Below are positions 50,276 through 59,005 of a DNA stretch of 64,000 nucleotides, piece after piece. Origin of the DNA: Candidatus Methylomirabilota bacterium (GTDB lineage Bacteria > Methylomirabilota > Methylomirabilia > Rokubacteriales > CSP1-6); contig DASQAK010000052.1 in the NCBI GenBank assembly GCA_035635755.1, positions 6,236-70,235 on the forward strand, given 5' to 3'. The translations under genes were made by a program, and so were the position numbers. Under the pieces are notes generated by a model. It saw only the letters and a list, made by a program, of their open reading frames with translations, was not told the origin of the DNA and did no database searches. Position 1 is the first letter of the stretch. Every line of letters starts with the position of its first letter.

Positions 50276-51784
50276 CTAGGAGCTCGCTCTCAGGAAGGCC
50301 ACGAACCTCCGCGGGTCCACGAGCTCCCTGGCGTAGCGGAGATTGTCCGTCCCGGTGTGAGTCAGCCAGAGAAACCCCGTGTAGACGCCGAGGGCAAGCA
50401 CGAATCCCCCGGCCAGGGCTGCCGGCTCGGGCGCGCCGGCGGCGGCGAGGCCTTCCCGGGTCGCCTCGTTGACGGCCACGAGCACGGCGAAGCCCGTCAG
50501 GTACGCCACGGTCACCCGCTGGAAGCCGATGCCGGCCAGCTCGCGCGTCCATCGGATGAACACCCAGCAGGGGAAGATCACCATGAGCAGACGCACGGCC
50601 GCCGCCCCCGTGCCACCGAGGGTCGGAACCAGTACCACCATGGCGACAAGATAGACGGCCAGGCGCAGGAGAACGACGCGCACGAACCGTCCGTGCTGAT
50701 CCATGGCGTAGAGGATGAACTGATACGGATTGAAAGCCGTCTGGGCCAGGGCCGCCAGCACCAGGACCATGAGCGGCGCGACTGCGAGAAGGAAGCGCCG
50801 GCCATAGAGCAGGGTGAGGATGGGCTCACGCAGCGCCCAGAGGCAGAAGGCGGCCGGCACCGCGATGAAGAGTAGCCGGTCCATGGCCGCGGCGAAGACC
50901 CGCCGGCTCTCGGCCGCGGCCTCGAGCCCCGGTGTGGCGAAGAGCCGAGAGAGCCGCGACAGGAGAAGCTGGAAGGGATACTGGTTGAGCCGGCCGAGCA
51001 CTTCCCAGAGTGCCCGCGCGACCTGGTAGTACCCGGCGGCGGTCAAGCCCGCCCAGCGCGCGACGAGAACACGATCGAGAGAGTCCTGGAGCATGCCGAT
51101 GGGACTCGTGATGAAGAGCGGGCGCGCGTAGCTCCAGTAGGCCTGAAGCGTCGCGCGATCGGGACGACGCAGCGCGATGCCTCTGCGGAAGACGAGGATG
51201 TACCCGCCCACGAGGATCTCCGTGGCGCCCTCGACCACCAGGGCCGCCGCCACCCAGCGGATGTCGGGTGCCCAGATCAGCACGGTCATCGTCACCGCGA
51301 AGCGGAGCCCCTTGCCGGCCACCTCCGTGATCGCGTGGGCGCTCGCCCACTCCCGTCCCACGAAGGCGACGCTGAGGGTCGCCGCGAGATTCATCAGGAG
51401 CTGGGCGACGAGGACGAAGAGAACGACCTCGAGGGGCACGCTCGTCGGGATCACCAGGGATCCCCAGCGGGCCGCTGCGAGCACGAGGAGGAGGGCCGCG
51501 ACCTGGATCACCAGCTGGAGCGCGGCCATGGTCCCCACGCAGCGGCCGAGGTCGCCGCCTTCCGCCACCCGCTTCTGGTGCGCCTGATTCAAGCCGGGGA
51601 GCAGGAACGCGGTCAGCATCCCCACCAGGCCCATGCTGAAACCCAGGATGCCGAGGGCGTCGGGTCCGAGCCAGCGGGCGATGAGGATCGTGGTGACGAA
51701 GCCGAAGGCGCTGGCGAGACCGGTGCCGAAGAAGAGGACGACAGACTTCCTGCCGAGATTCCCCTCGTGGCTCACGGCGTTCAA
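50276..51784 (-). CDS. polysaccharide biosynthesis protein / oligosaccharide flippase (Wzx-like, MOP superfamily)
   Basis: 502 aa, ~12-14 TM helices. 'RWLGPDALGILGF' typical of PST-family flippases. Confidence 0.75.
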   Translation of the reverse strand: MNAVSHEGNLGRKSVVLFFGTGLASAFGFVTTILIARWLGPDALGILGFSMGLVGMLTAFLLPGLNQAHQKRVAEGGDLGRCVGTMAALQLVIQVAALLLVLAAARWGSLVIPTSVPLEVVLFVLVAQLLMNLAATLSVAFVGREWASAHAITEVAGKGLRFAVTMTVLIWAPDIRWVAAALVVEGATEILVGGYILVFRRGIALRRPDRATLQAYWSYARPLFITSPIGMLQDSLDRVLVARWAGLTAAGYYQVARALWEVLGRLNQYPFQLLLSRLSRLFATPGLEAAAESRRVFAAAMDRLLFIAVPAAFCLWALREPILTLLYGRRFLLAVAPLMVLVLAALAQTAFNPYQFILYAMDQHGRFVRVVLLRLAVYLVAMVVLVPTLGGTGAAAVRLLMVIFPCWVFIRWTRELAGIGFQRVTVAYLTGFAVLVAVNEATREGLAAAGAPEPAALAGGFVLALGVYTGFLWLTHTGTDNLRYARELVDPRRFVAFLRASS

Positions 51785-51795
51785 TAGGTGAACAC
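51776..51795. promoter_or_regulatory. palindromic operator-like motif GGCGTTCAATAGGTGAACAC overlapping the flippase start codon
   Basis: Second copy of the GTTCA-N5-TGAAC palindrome; first 12 nt of both genes identical (TTGAACGCC.TG). Confidence 0.5.
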
Positions 51796-51853
51796 ACCCG
51801 TCGCCGGCCGGTCAAGGTCATTCGGCGCCGGTACTGGGTCAAGTTGCGAGCCA

Positions 51854-51895
51854 GATCAACTCAGCCCTCGCCTCGGGCTGCGCCCTCAGCTCGAA
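51854..51895 (-). repeat. conserved intergenic element, copy A (reverse orientation)
   Basis: Reverse complement 'TTCGAGCTGAGGGCGCAGCCCGAGGCGAGGGCTGAGTTGATC' matches the family consensus. Confidence 0.6.
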
Positions 51896-51975
51896 CCGCC
51901 ACGCCCGAGGGAGCCAGCTTTGCCCAGCGTACGTGGGTGTACGTTGAGCGTTGCTAGCGACCGAGAACGTGGCAT

Positions 51976-52018
51976 TTCGAGCTGAGCGGCCCCGCCGCGA
52001 GGCGAGAGCTGAGTAGAA
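51976..52018 (+). repeat. conserved intergenic element, copy B
   Basis: 'TTCGAGCTGAGCGGCCCCGCCGCGAGGCGAGAGCTGAGTAGAA'. Conserved arms flank a GCGGC-CCC-GCCGC hairpin. Confidence 0.6.
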
Positions 52019-52090
52019 CTGGCGAAGCAAATTGGCCCAGTACCCGGGCTCCTTGGGCCCCACCCGTCCTCGTGATAGGCTTCATGGCCG

Positions 52091-52858
52091 ATGGGCCTGA
52101 GAAAGCTCGCGAAAAGGGTCCTCGGCGTCCAGCGTCAGCCGACGTACTACCTGCCGTGGCTGACGCGCCCTCATCTCCAGTGCGCCCTCGTGCTCAGCAA
52201 CGTCGAGTCGCGCTTCAAGGTCGGCTACAACCGCGGGAGCTTCCCGGTCTCCGTGGTCCAGTACGATGCCGACGGCGCAGTGGCGGGTCGGCACGAGGTG
52301 ACGCTGCCCGACGCGGTGGAGGCCGTCGAGCTGCCCCTGCCGTCCGCTCCGGGCGGATGCGGCTTCGCCACGGTGAGCGGCGAGCGCATCAACTCCGATC
52401 TCTACGTCACCCTCTCCGACGGCCTCGCCTATACCGCGACCCACGGTCGCGGCGAATTCATCGAGCGCTATGCGCTCCCGGGCCGCTTGCTCCTGGCCAT
52501 GATCGGCGGGCTCCTGGGACTGGCGGGCCGAGCCATTCCCGCCTTCGTTCGCCACCAGTACGCGTACGTCGGCCCCGACAGCCGCTCGCACCTGCTCGTG
52601 ATGAACCTGTCCAACGTGACGAACCGCGTCCGCGTCGTGGCCAGCTGGGAGGGGCGCGTCCTTGGCGCCCGGCTTCTGCGGCTCCCTCCCATGGGCTCGA
52701 CGCTCCTGGACATCGGGACGTTTGGCTCAGCCTCGGGCGGCACCGCCACGGAGGTGTGGAGGCTCCGGCTCGAGGGCGCGGCGTGGTTCAACCTGTACGT
52801 CGTCGGCGCGGGTGCCCGGAACCTCGAGGGGCCGCTGTCGCTGATGCATGTCAAATAG
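52091..52858 (+). CDS. hypothetical protein (255 aa), no recognisable family
   Basis: Diverse composition and high GC3; first gene of plus-strand operon. Stop overlaps the next gene's ATG by 11 nt. Confidence 0.5.
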   Translation: MGLRKLAKRVLGVQRQPTYYLPWLTRPHLQCALVLSNVESRFKVGYNRGSFPVSVVQYDADGAVAGRHEVTLPDAVEAVELPLPSAPGGCGFATVSGERINSDLYVTLSDGLAYTATHGRGEFIERYALPGRLLLAMIGGLLGLAGRAIPAFVRHQYAYVGPDSRSHLLVMNLSNVTNRVRVVASWEGRVLGARLLRLPPMGSTLLDIGTFGSASGGTATEVWRLRLEGAAWFNLYVVGAGARNLEGPLSLMHVK

Positions 52859-53561
52859 CGTCTCGGCCCTGCTCTCGGCCACGTTCTACGAGCCGGGCTA
52901 CGACCACCTCGTCGAGCTGGTGCACCAGCGCGATCCGGAGGCGCGCCGCCGGCTCGCCTCCCTCGATCTCTCCGCCTACGGCCCCGACGGCAAGCTGCTC
53001 CTCGAGCATGGCCTGGACACGCGGGAGGAGACGCTGGACCTGGGCGCCCTCCTCGCCCCCACCGCGCGCGAGCACGGGCGCGTCATGGCCGTGTTCGACG
53101 CGCGCTACGAGGAAGACGCGTTTCCCTACCGCCCCCACCACTACGCCTACGTCCATCGCGCGGGCTCCGCCACCCCGGCGCTCTACTATGCCGTCAGCGC
53201 GGCCCTCGGGGGCGTGCCCGACCGGATCGGGGACATGTCCCGCATCAACAACTTCGACACCTATGTCTTCCGTCGCGGGCCCCACGCCGCGCGGTACTCG
53301 GTCATGCTCGGCAACGTCGGCCGCTTCGCTCCCACAGAGGCGCAGGTCTTCGCCTACTACGGTGCCGAGCGCGTGGAGGAGACGGTCCCCCTCGGACCCC
53401 GAGCCCATGCCGAGGTCGCCCTCGCGCCCGAGCGCGGCGGGCAGCCCCTCACCCGCGTCGAGACCAAGTCGCTCTTCCGTCTGGCCGGATACGTGGCCGG
53501 CCGTCGGGACCCCTCGGGCGACCTCGTGCTCTTCGACCACCTCTTCACGTTTTTCAAGTGA
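52848..53561 (+). CDS. hypothetical protein (237 aa), no recognisable family
   Basis: Coding-like composition; His/Tyr-rich segment 'YRPHHYAYVHRAG'. Confidence 0.5.
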   Translation: MSNSVSALLSATFYEPGYDHLVELVHQRDPEARRRLASLDLSAYGPDGKLLLEHGLDTREETLDLGALLAPTAREHGRVMAVFDARYEEDAFPYRPHHYAYVHRAGSATPALYYAVSAALGGVPDRIGDMSRINNFDTYVFRRGPHAARYSVMLGNVGRFAPTEAQVFAYYGAERVEETVPLGPRAHAEVALAPERGGQPLTRVETKSLFRLAGYVAGRRDPSGDLVLFDHLFTFFK

Positions 53562-53588
53562 TTTTCGAGCTGAGACGTGGCCACGCAC

Positions 53589-53633
53589 TTCGAGTTGAGC
53601 AGCGAAGCTGCGAGACGAGAGCTGAATTGATTC
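53589..53633 (+). repeat. conserved intergenic element, copy C2 (partial copy C1 at 53564-53588)
   Basis: 'TTCGAGTTGAGCAGCGAAGCTGCGAGACGAGAGCTGAATTGATTC'; central CAGC-gaa-GCTG hairpin. Confidence 0.6.
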
Positions 53634-53647
53634 CGCAGGCGTGGCAA

Positions 53648-53692
53648 TTCGAGTTGAGCGGTGAAGCCGCGAGACGAGAGCTGAGTGGATTC
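53648..53692 (+). repeat. conserved intergenic element, copy C3 (partial copy C4 at 53693-53717)
   Basis: 'TTCGAGTTGAGCGGTGAAGCCGCGAGACGAGAGCTGAGTGGATTC'; central GCGG-tgaa-GCCGC hairpin. Confidence 0.6.
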
Positions 53693-53712
53693 ACGGCGAG
53701 GCGAGTGCTGAT

Positions 53713-53928
53713 TTGACCCACGGTCCCGAGCCCGAGGACGCGCTCATCCTCTGCTACTGCACCATGTTGACCGTCGGCGAGCTGCGCCGGGCCTGCGCGG
53801 CGGGCGGCTGGCCGCTGCCCGGCAAGGAGAACACCGGCCGGCTGTGCACCGGGTGCCTCGGAGACCTCCTCTACTGTCAGTCGCGATTCGAGAGGCCGCC
53901 GCGAGAGGCCCGGAGCGTCGGCCCGTGA
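53713..53928 (+). CDS. BFD-like [2Fe-2S]-binding mini-protein (71 aa)
   Basis: Cys pattern 'CYC...(35)...CTGC' resembling BFD/[2Fe-2S]-binding domains. TTG start lies inside repeat copy C4. Stop overlaps GTG of next gene (GTGA). Confidence 0.4.
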   Translation: MTHGPEPEDALILCYCTMLTVGELRRACAAGGWPLPGKENTGRLCTGCLGDLLYCQSRFERPPREARSVGP

Positions 53929-54851
53929 CGACGCGCGACGAGCTGCGCCTGCACGATGTCCCCTGTCCGCTGTGCGGGGGGAGCCGCGTCTCGCCCGTGA
54001 TGCGTGACGAGGGGTTCCATCGGATCAGCGGTCCCGGCCTCGTGGCGTGCACGAGCCTGGACCACGGCGCCTTCGGGCAGATCGTGGCCTGCGATCAGTG
54101 CGGCCTCCGCTTCCGGAGCCCGCGCGAGGACGACGCCACCATCCTCTCCCTCTACGCCGACGTGGAGGACCACGTCTACCTCGAGAACGAAACGGCGCGG
54201 GTGGCGACCTTCTCGCGCGCCCTCTCGCGCCTGGAGAGACATGTCCCCGTGCGCGGACCGCTGCTGGACGTCGGCTGCTATACCGGCGTCTTCCTCGACG
54301 TCGCCGCGCGGGCGGGCTGGCCGGTGGTGGGGCTCGAGCCCAGCCGCTGGGCCGCCAAGGCCGCCTCCGCCAAGGGGCACCGCGTGCACACGGGCACGCT
54401 CGACACGGCGCCCTTTCCCCGGGGATCCTTCGCCGTCGCCACCATGTGGGATGCCCTCGAGCACTATGCCGATCCCGTGGGCGAGCTGAGGCGCGCGAGG
54501 GATTTCGTCCGGGACGGCGGCTATCTCGTGCTGACCACGATGAACATCGACACGCTGGCCGTGCGGATGCTCAGGAAGCGCTGGCCCTGGTACATGCGCA
54601 TGCACCTGACCTACTTCACGCCCGAGACGGTGGAGGCGGCCCTCGGCCGGGCGGGCTGGCGCCTGGCCCACCGCCATGGCTACGGTCACGTGGTCACCTG
54701 GGACTATCTCCTGCTCAAGCTCGCCCCTTACTGGCACGGAGGGAGCGCGGCCGGCCGCGCGGGCCTGCGTCGGCTCGGCCTCTCCCACCGGACGCTCACC
54801 GTCGACCTCGGCGATTTCATGACCGTCTACGCGGAGAAACTGCCCGGATGA
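53925..54851 (+). CDS. class I SAM-dependent methyltransferase with N-terminal Zn-ribbon
   Basis: 'CPLCGG...CDQCGLRFRSP' Zn-ribbon. 'LLDVGCYTGVF', 'VRDGGYLVLTTMN'. Paralogous architecture to 37664..38584. Confidence 0.75.
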   Translation: MTTRDELRLHDVPCPLCGGSRVSPVMRDEGFHRISGPGLVACTSLDHGAFGQIVACDQCGLRFRSPREDDATILSLYADVEDHVYLENETARVATFSRALSRLERHVPVRGPLLDVGCYTGVFLDVAARAGWPVVGLEPSRWAAKAASAKGHRVHTGTLDTAPFPRGSFAVATMWDALEHYADPVGELRRARDFVRDGGYLVLTTMNIDTLAVRMLRKRWPWYMRMHLTYFTPETVEAALGRAGWRLAHRHGYGHVVTWDYLLLKLAPYWHGGSAAGRAGLRRLGLSHRTLTVDLGDFMTVYAEKLPG

Positions 54852-55594
54852 CCACTCGCCTCGTCGTCCTCGCCTACAACGAGGAAGCGGGCATCGGCCA
54901 GAGCCTCGCGGCCATCCACGGCCTCGGCCTTCCCGACCTCGACGTCATCGTGGTGGACGACGGCAGCACGGACCGCACGGAGGCGATCGTGCGCCAGATG
55001 AAGGCGACCGTTCCCCTCGAGCTCCTCTCCCACGAGGTCAACCGCGGCGTCGCCGCCGCCTTCGACACCGGCCTCCGCCACGCCGCCGCCATCTCCAAGC
55101 CCGGGGACTTCGTGATCACCATCGAGGGCGACGGCACCAACAGCCTCCAGGCCCTCGGCCCCATCATCTCCCTCCTCGGTCAGGGCTACGACGTCGTGTG
55201 CGGGTCGCGCTACGTCCCCGGGGGCGGCTATCATGGCTTCCCGCTCGGGCGGCGGATCTGGAGCGTAGGCGCCAACCTCGTGATGCGCTGGTACTGCGGC
55301 CTCGTGCCCGTCAAGGACTACACGCTCTTCTATCGGGGCTATCGGGCGGAGCTCCTGCAGGAGGCCTTCCGGCGCTACGGGCGGCGCTTCATCGAGGCGC
55401 AAGGATTCTTCGCCAACATCGAGATACTGGTGAAGCTCTCGCGGCTCCGGCCGCTGCGGGCGGCCGAGACTCCCGTGGTCTACGCCTACGGCGCGAAGCG
55501 CTCGGGGAGCAAGATGCGCGTGTGGCGCAACCTCAGCGAGTACCTGCGCTTCTTCGTCCGCGACTCGCGGCGGCCCTCGCGGCCCGGCTCCTGA
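54848..55594 (+). CDS. glycosyltransferase family 2 (polyprenyl-phosphate glycosyltransferase-like)
   Basis: 248 aa; 'RLVVLAYNEEAGI...DVIVVDDGSTDRT'. ATGA overlap with the methyltransferase stop. Confidence 0.8.
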   Translation: MTTRLVVLAYNEEAGIGQSLAAIHGLGLPDLDVIVVDDGSTDRTEAIVRQMKATVPLELLSHEVNRGVAAAFDTGLRHAAAISKPGDFVITIEGDGTNSLQALGPIISLLGQGYDVVCGSRYVPGGGYHGFPLGRRIWSVGANLVMRWYCGLVPVKDYTLFYRGYRAELLQEAFRRYGRRFIEAQGFFANIEILVKLSRLRPLRAAETPVVYAYGAKRSGSKMRVWRNLSEYLRFFVRDSRRPSRPGS

Positions 55595-56630
55595 GCGTTC
55601 CCGGGTCGCGGAAGAGCCGCGGATTGGTACGTATCCACTCGTAGAGCCGGCGCACGCCCGCCTCCGGCGAGGTCCTCGGCCGCCAGCCGAGCACGCGGGC
55701 CGCCTTGCGAATGTCGCTGACGTACACCTTCTGGTCTCCGGGCCGCCAGTCGTCGTAGCCGACGGGCACGCGACGGCCCAGCAGCTCCCCGAGCATGTCG
55801 AGCAGCTCGAGGAGGGACATCGTGCTCGCGGGCCCGCCGCCGATGTTGAAGATCTCTCCGGCCGCGGCGTCGATGCGCCGGTAGGCCGCGCGGTAGGCGC
55901 GCACGAGGTCGTCGACGTACAGCACGTCACGGACCTGGCGGCCGTCGCCGAAGATGGTGATGGGACGGCCGTAGACGGCGGCCAGGGTGAACCAGGCGAC
56001 CCACCCCTGGTCCTCCATGCCGAACTGGCGCGGCCCGTAGATGCAGGACTTGCGGAAGACCACGGTCCGGAGCCCGTAAATGCGGCTGTAGTCCCGCACG
56101 TACTGATCGCCCGCCCCCTTCGAGCAGCCGTACGGCGAGTGGAAGTCCAGGGGAAACGACTCGGGGATACCTCGAGGCCAGCCCTTGAAGACGTGGCGCG
56201 TCCCCGCCCGCCGCGTCCGCACGCCTTCGAGCCCGCCATACACCTTGTTCGTGGACGAGAACACGAGGGCGGGCCGACGGCGCGAGGTCCGGATGGCTTC
56301 GAGGACCTCGAGGGTGCCGCCCGCGTTGACGGCGAAGTCGTCCCGGGGATTTGTCACGGAGGTGGTGACGGCGGTTTGGCCGGCATTGTGGATGACGAGG
56401 TCCGCCTCGCTCACCAGCTCGGAGAGGCGCCGGCGTGGCCATCGGATGTCTCCCCGCACGATGCGCACGCGACGACCGTGGGAGGCGGCGAGCCAGCGGG
56501 CATTGGCCTGGGCGCCCGGACGCGAGAAGTTGTCGAAGACGGTGACCCGGGCGCCCGAGCGCAGGAAGCCGTCGGAGACGTTGGAGCCGATGAAGCCTGC
56601 GCCGCCGGTCACGAGCACGCGTGTGGGCAC
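55533..56630 (-). CDS. NAD-dependent epimerase/dehydratase (extended SDR; CDP/dTDP-sugar epimerase-like)
   Basis: From GTG with GGAGGA RBS. '[13 protein letters not shown]', 'YGCSKGAGD', 'SCIYGPRQFG'. Convergent ~60-nt overlap with the plus-strand GT2 3' end. Confidence 0.8.
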   Translation of the reverse strand: MPTRVLVTGGAGFIGSNVSDGFLRSGARVTVFDNFSRPGAQANARWLAASHGRRVRIVRGDIRWPRRRLSELVSEADLVIHNAGQTAVTTSVTNPRDDFAVNAGGTLEVLEAIRTSRRRPALVFSSTNKVYGGLEGVRTRRAGTRHVFKGWPRGIPESFPLDFHSPYGCSKGAGDQYVRDYSRIYGLRTVVFRKSCIYGPRQFGMEDQGWVAWFTLAAVYGRPITIFGDGRQVRDVLYVDDLVRAYRAAYRRIDAAAGEIFNIGGGPASTMSLLELLDMLGELLGRRVPVGYDDWRPGDQKVYVSDIRKAARVLGWRPRTSPEAGVRRLYEWIRTNPRLFRDPGTLRSRAARAAASRGRRSAGTR

Positions 56631-56643
56631 CGGGATCCTCCGT

Positions 56644-58269
56644 TCAGACGGTGTTTCGGCGATACAGGCGGAAGACGTGATCGCCACCTGCCCGCACCGT
56701 CTCGACAAGCGTGAAGTGCCGGGCCAGGAGCGTGTCGATCCGGGCCACCAGCTCGACGTAGGGGCGGCGCCCGCCGTAGAACTGGAGGACGTTCGGCTCG
56801 ATCACGGCAAACCGCGCGTCGCTCCCCAGCCACCCCTCGAGCTCGTCCGCGCCCCACATGCCAGCCCGATGGTAGCGCTGCTTGTCGCGTGAGCTCGTGA
56901 ACACCATCAGGTGCTGGTGGAATTGCCGGAGGTAGCTCTGCCGGCCCGCGAGATGGAGGGGCAGCGGGTCGCCCAGCAGAAACACCCGTCGTTCGCCGCT
57001 TGGGATGACGGCGGCGATCCGGGCGGCCACCGCGCGCAGCGCGGGGATCTCGGCCTCCGCGGGCACGATGCGCCGCGGCAGGTACGGCGAGCGATGGACC
57101 CACGGCGAGACGATGAGGGCGAGAAGGAAGGCGGCCGCGACGAGACGACGAGGCGTCGCGGACAGCTCGAGTCGCCCCCACGCCTCCGCGAAGAGGCAGC
57201 CGATGACGATGACGAGAAGGGGGGCAATGGCCCCCACGTACGCGTAGCTCTGCTTGACGTACGGCCCCACGATGACGAACTGCCAGGCCACGAGGTACCA
57301 GAAAAGCCAGAAGGTGAACCACAGGCCCGTGGGTCGCCACGGCGCCGTCGAGATCCGCCCCTTCCACGTCCGCAGTGCCTCGAGGGCGCTCAGTCCGACG
57401 AGGGCGACCATCCAGATCGCATAGCGGCGCAGGAAGAAGGCGAAGGACTTTGCCATGCCGGCGAGCCGCCCGAGCGGGCTCGGATCCCATGGGATGTCCG
57501 TGTAGTCGGAGACCCACACCGCGGCGGGATCTTCCATCAGGTTATGCCAGGAGTAGTAGCCCATGGGCTCGACCCACGCGCGCACGATCGGCATGTACGC
57601 GAGCATCTTCCAGTGCTGCCGGTCCCACACGAAGAAGAGGAGGGGGATGGAGGCGGCCACGGCTACCAGGCCGGCCCGTCGCGCCAGGGAGCCCGCGCGA
57701 AACACCGTGTACGCGAGGGCGAACGGAATGGCCGGCCAGTAGTGGGGCTTCACGAGGAAGAGGGCGGAGAAGACGGCCATGGCGAGGAGATCGCGCCCGG
57801 GCCACGCTGTACAGAACAGGATGTAGATGGCGAGGAGCGTAAGCGCGGCCACGAGGGGCGAGAAGTGCGCGGTGGCGAAGTAGCCCATGACGAGGCCGTG
57901 GGTGCAGAACAGACCGCACGCCGCCACCCCCGCCAGCCTCCCGCCCCAGCGCGCCGCCAGCGCGAAGATCAGGACGACCACGAGCGCCCCTACGAGGACG
58001 GCGAGGAGCCGGGCCACGAGCAGGCTGGGTCCGAAGATCGCCTGGGAGAGGCCGAAGAAATAGAAGGGCAGGGGCACCCACTGCCCGGTCATCTCGTCCT
58101 GGTAGAGCGTGATGTCGCCCCGGACGAGCAGGGTGCCCAGGGCCAGATACTCGGCCTCGTAGTCATGATCCACGAGCACCCAGGCGAGCAGGACGGCCAC
58201 GATCAGGAAGGCGATCACACAGCAGGCGAGCAGCATCGGGCCGCCTGACGCCGGCGCGCGGCCGGTCAT
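56644..58269 (-). CDS. GT-C-fold membrane glycosyltransferase (PMT/ArnT-like), paralogue of 38593..40188
   Basis: ~541 aa, many TM helices; shared motif 'LYQDEMTGQWVPLPFYFFG'. Start ATG 58269 or 58236. Confidence 0.6.
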   Translation of the reverse strand: MTGRAPASGGPMLLACCVIAFLIVAVLLAWVLVDHDYEAEYLALGTLLVRGDITLYQDEMTGQWVPLPFYFFGLSQAIFGPSLLVARLLAVLVGALVVVLIFALAARWGGRLAGVAACGLFCTHGLVMGYFATAHFSPLVAALTLLAIYILFCTAWPGRDLLAMAVFSALFLVKPHYWPAIPFALAYTVFRAGSLARRAGLVAVAASIPLLFFVWDRQHWKMLAYMPIVRAWVEPMGYYSWHNLMEDPAAVWVSDYTDIPWDPSPLGRLAGMAKSFAFFLRRYAIWMVALVGLSALEALRTWKGRISTAPWRPTGLWFTFWLFWYLVAWQFVIVGPYVKQSYAYVGAIAPLLVIVIGCLFAEAWGRLELSATPRRLVAAAFLLALIVSPWVHRSPYLPRRIVPAEAEIPALRAVAARIAAVIPSGERRVFLLGDPLPLHLAGRQSYLRQFHQHLMVFTSSRDKQRYHRAGMWGADELEGWLGSDARFAVIEPNVLQFYGGRRPYVELVARIDTLLARHFTLVETVRAGGDHVFRLYRRNTV

Positions 58270-58273
58270 GCCC

Positions 58274-59005
58274 TCAGGCCTTGCGGGCAACGAACACGTT
58301 GAGGGTGAAGGTTCGCGCGAGAGGCCGCCAGTGACCGAGCCAGCCCTCCAACTTCCGCGTGGCGGGAAAGACATTGTGCACGAATGGCGGGAAGCAGCCC
58401 ACGGTAGTGACGCGGCACGCGCGGAATCCCGCCGCCTCGAACCCGCGGCACACGCGGCCCGGCCATACCCGCACGATGCCGCGCTCGACCCGCCAGCTCC
58501 GTCGGGGGTGCATGGCCAGATGGACGTACCACTGGGGGTTCCAGGGATTGGGCTCGAGGAAGACGGCCCGGCCGGCCGCTCTCAGACGCTCGAAGGCGCG
58601 CGTCGCCACCGCGCGGACGTCGGGCACGTGGTGGAGGATGTGGCCGCCCACCACCGCGTCGAACTCCCGCCCTCTCACGCGAGAGAGCGTGGTGGCGTCG
58701 TCCTCGACCAGGGTGAGGCTCCCCCGCTCCGGATGCTCGGCGGTGAGTCGCTCGAGATACTCGATCGATCGTCGCGAGATGTCCACCGCGGTGACGCGGC
58801 AGCCCCGGTCGAGCAGGGGCAGCGTGAAGCGGCCCCCGGAGGCGCCCAGCTCCAGGATCCGCTCGCCCCGCCGCGGGTCCACGGCCTCCAGGAAGCGATC
58901 GAGCACGAACGCGAAGTACGGATTCGCCTGCTGGAAGTTCTCGTCGTACTCGTCCGCGGTGGCGTCGTAGAACCGACGCTGCACGTCCTGCCAGTCAGAA
59001 GGCAT
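58274..59005 (-). CDS. class I SAM-dependent methyltransferase
   Basis: 243 aa; 'ILELGASGGRF', 'GRAVFLEPN'. Confidence 0.75.
   Translation of the reverse strand: MPSDWQDVQRRFYDATADEYDENFQQANPYFAFVLDRFLEAVDPRRGERILELGASGGRFTLPLLDRGCRVTAVDISRRSIEYLERLTAEHPERGSLTLVEDDATTLSRVRGREFDAVVGGHILHHVPDVRAVATRAFERLRAAGRAVFLEPNPWNPQWYVHLAMHPRRSWRVERGIVRVWPGRVCRGFEAAGFRACRVTTVGCFPPFVHNVFPATRKLEGWLGHWRPLARTFTLNVFVARKA

Noticed and set aside
52072-53598. 508-aa plus-strand ORF spanning both hypothetical genes
   Set aside because: Alternative frame with Arg/Pro/Ala low-complexity translation. The two shorter ORFs (52091..52858, 52848..53561) have protein-like composition and coupled start/stop.
54047-55594. 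515-aa plus-strand ORF
   Set aside because: Read-through of the methyltransferase region in a wrong frame. Replaced by MT (53925..54851) and GT2 (54848..55594).
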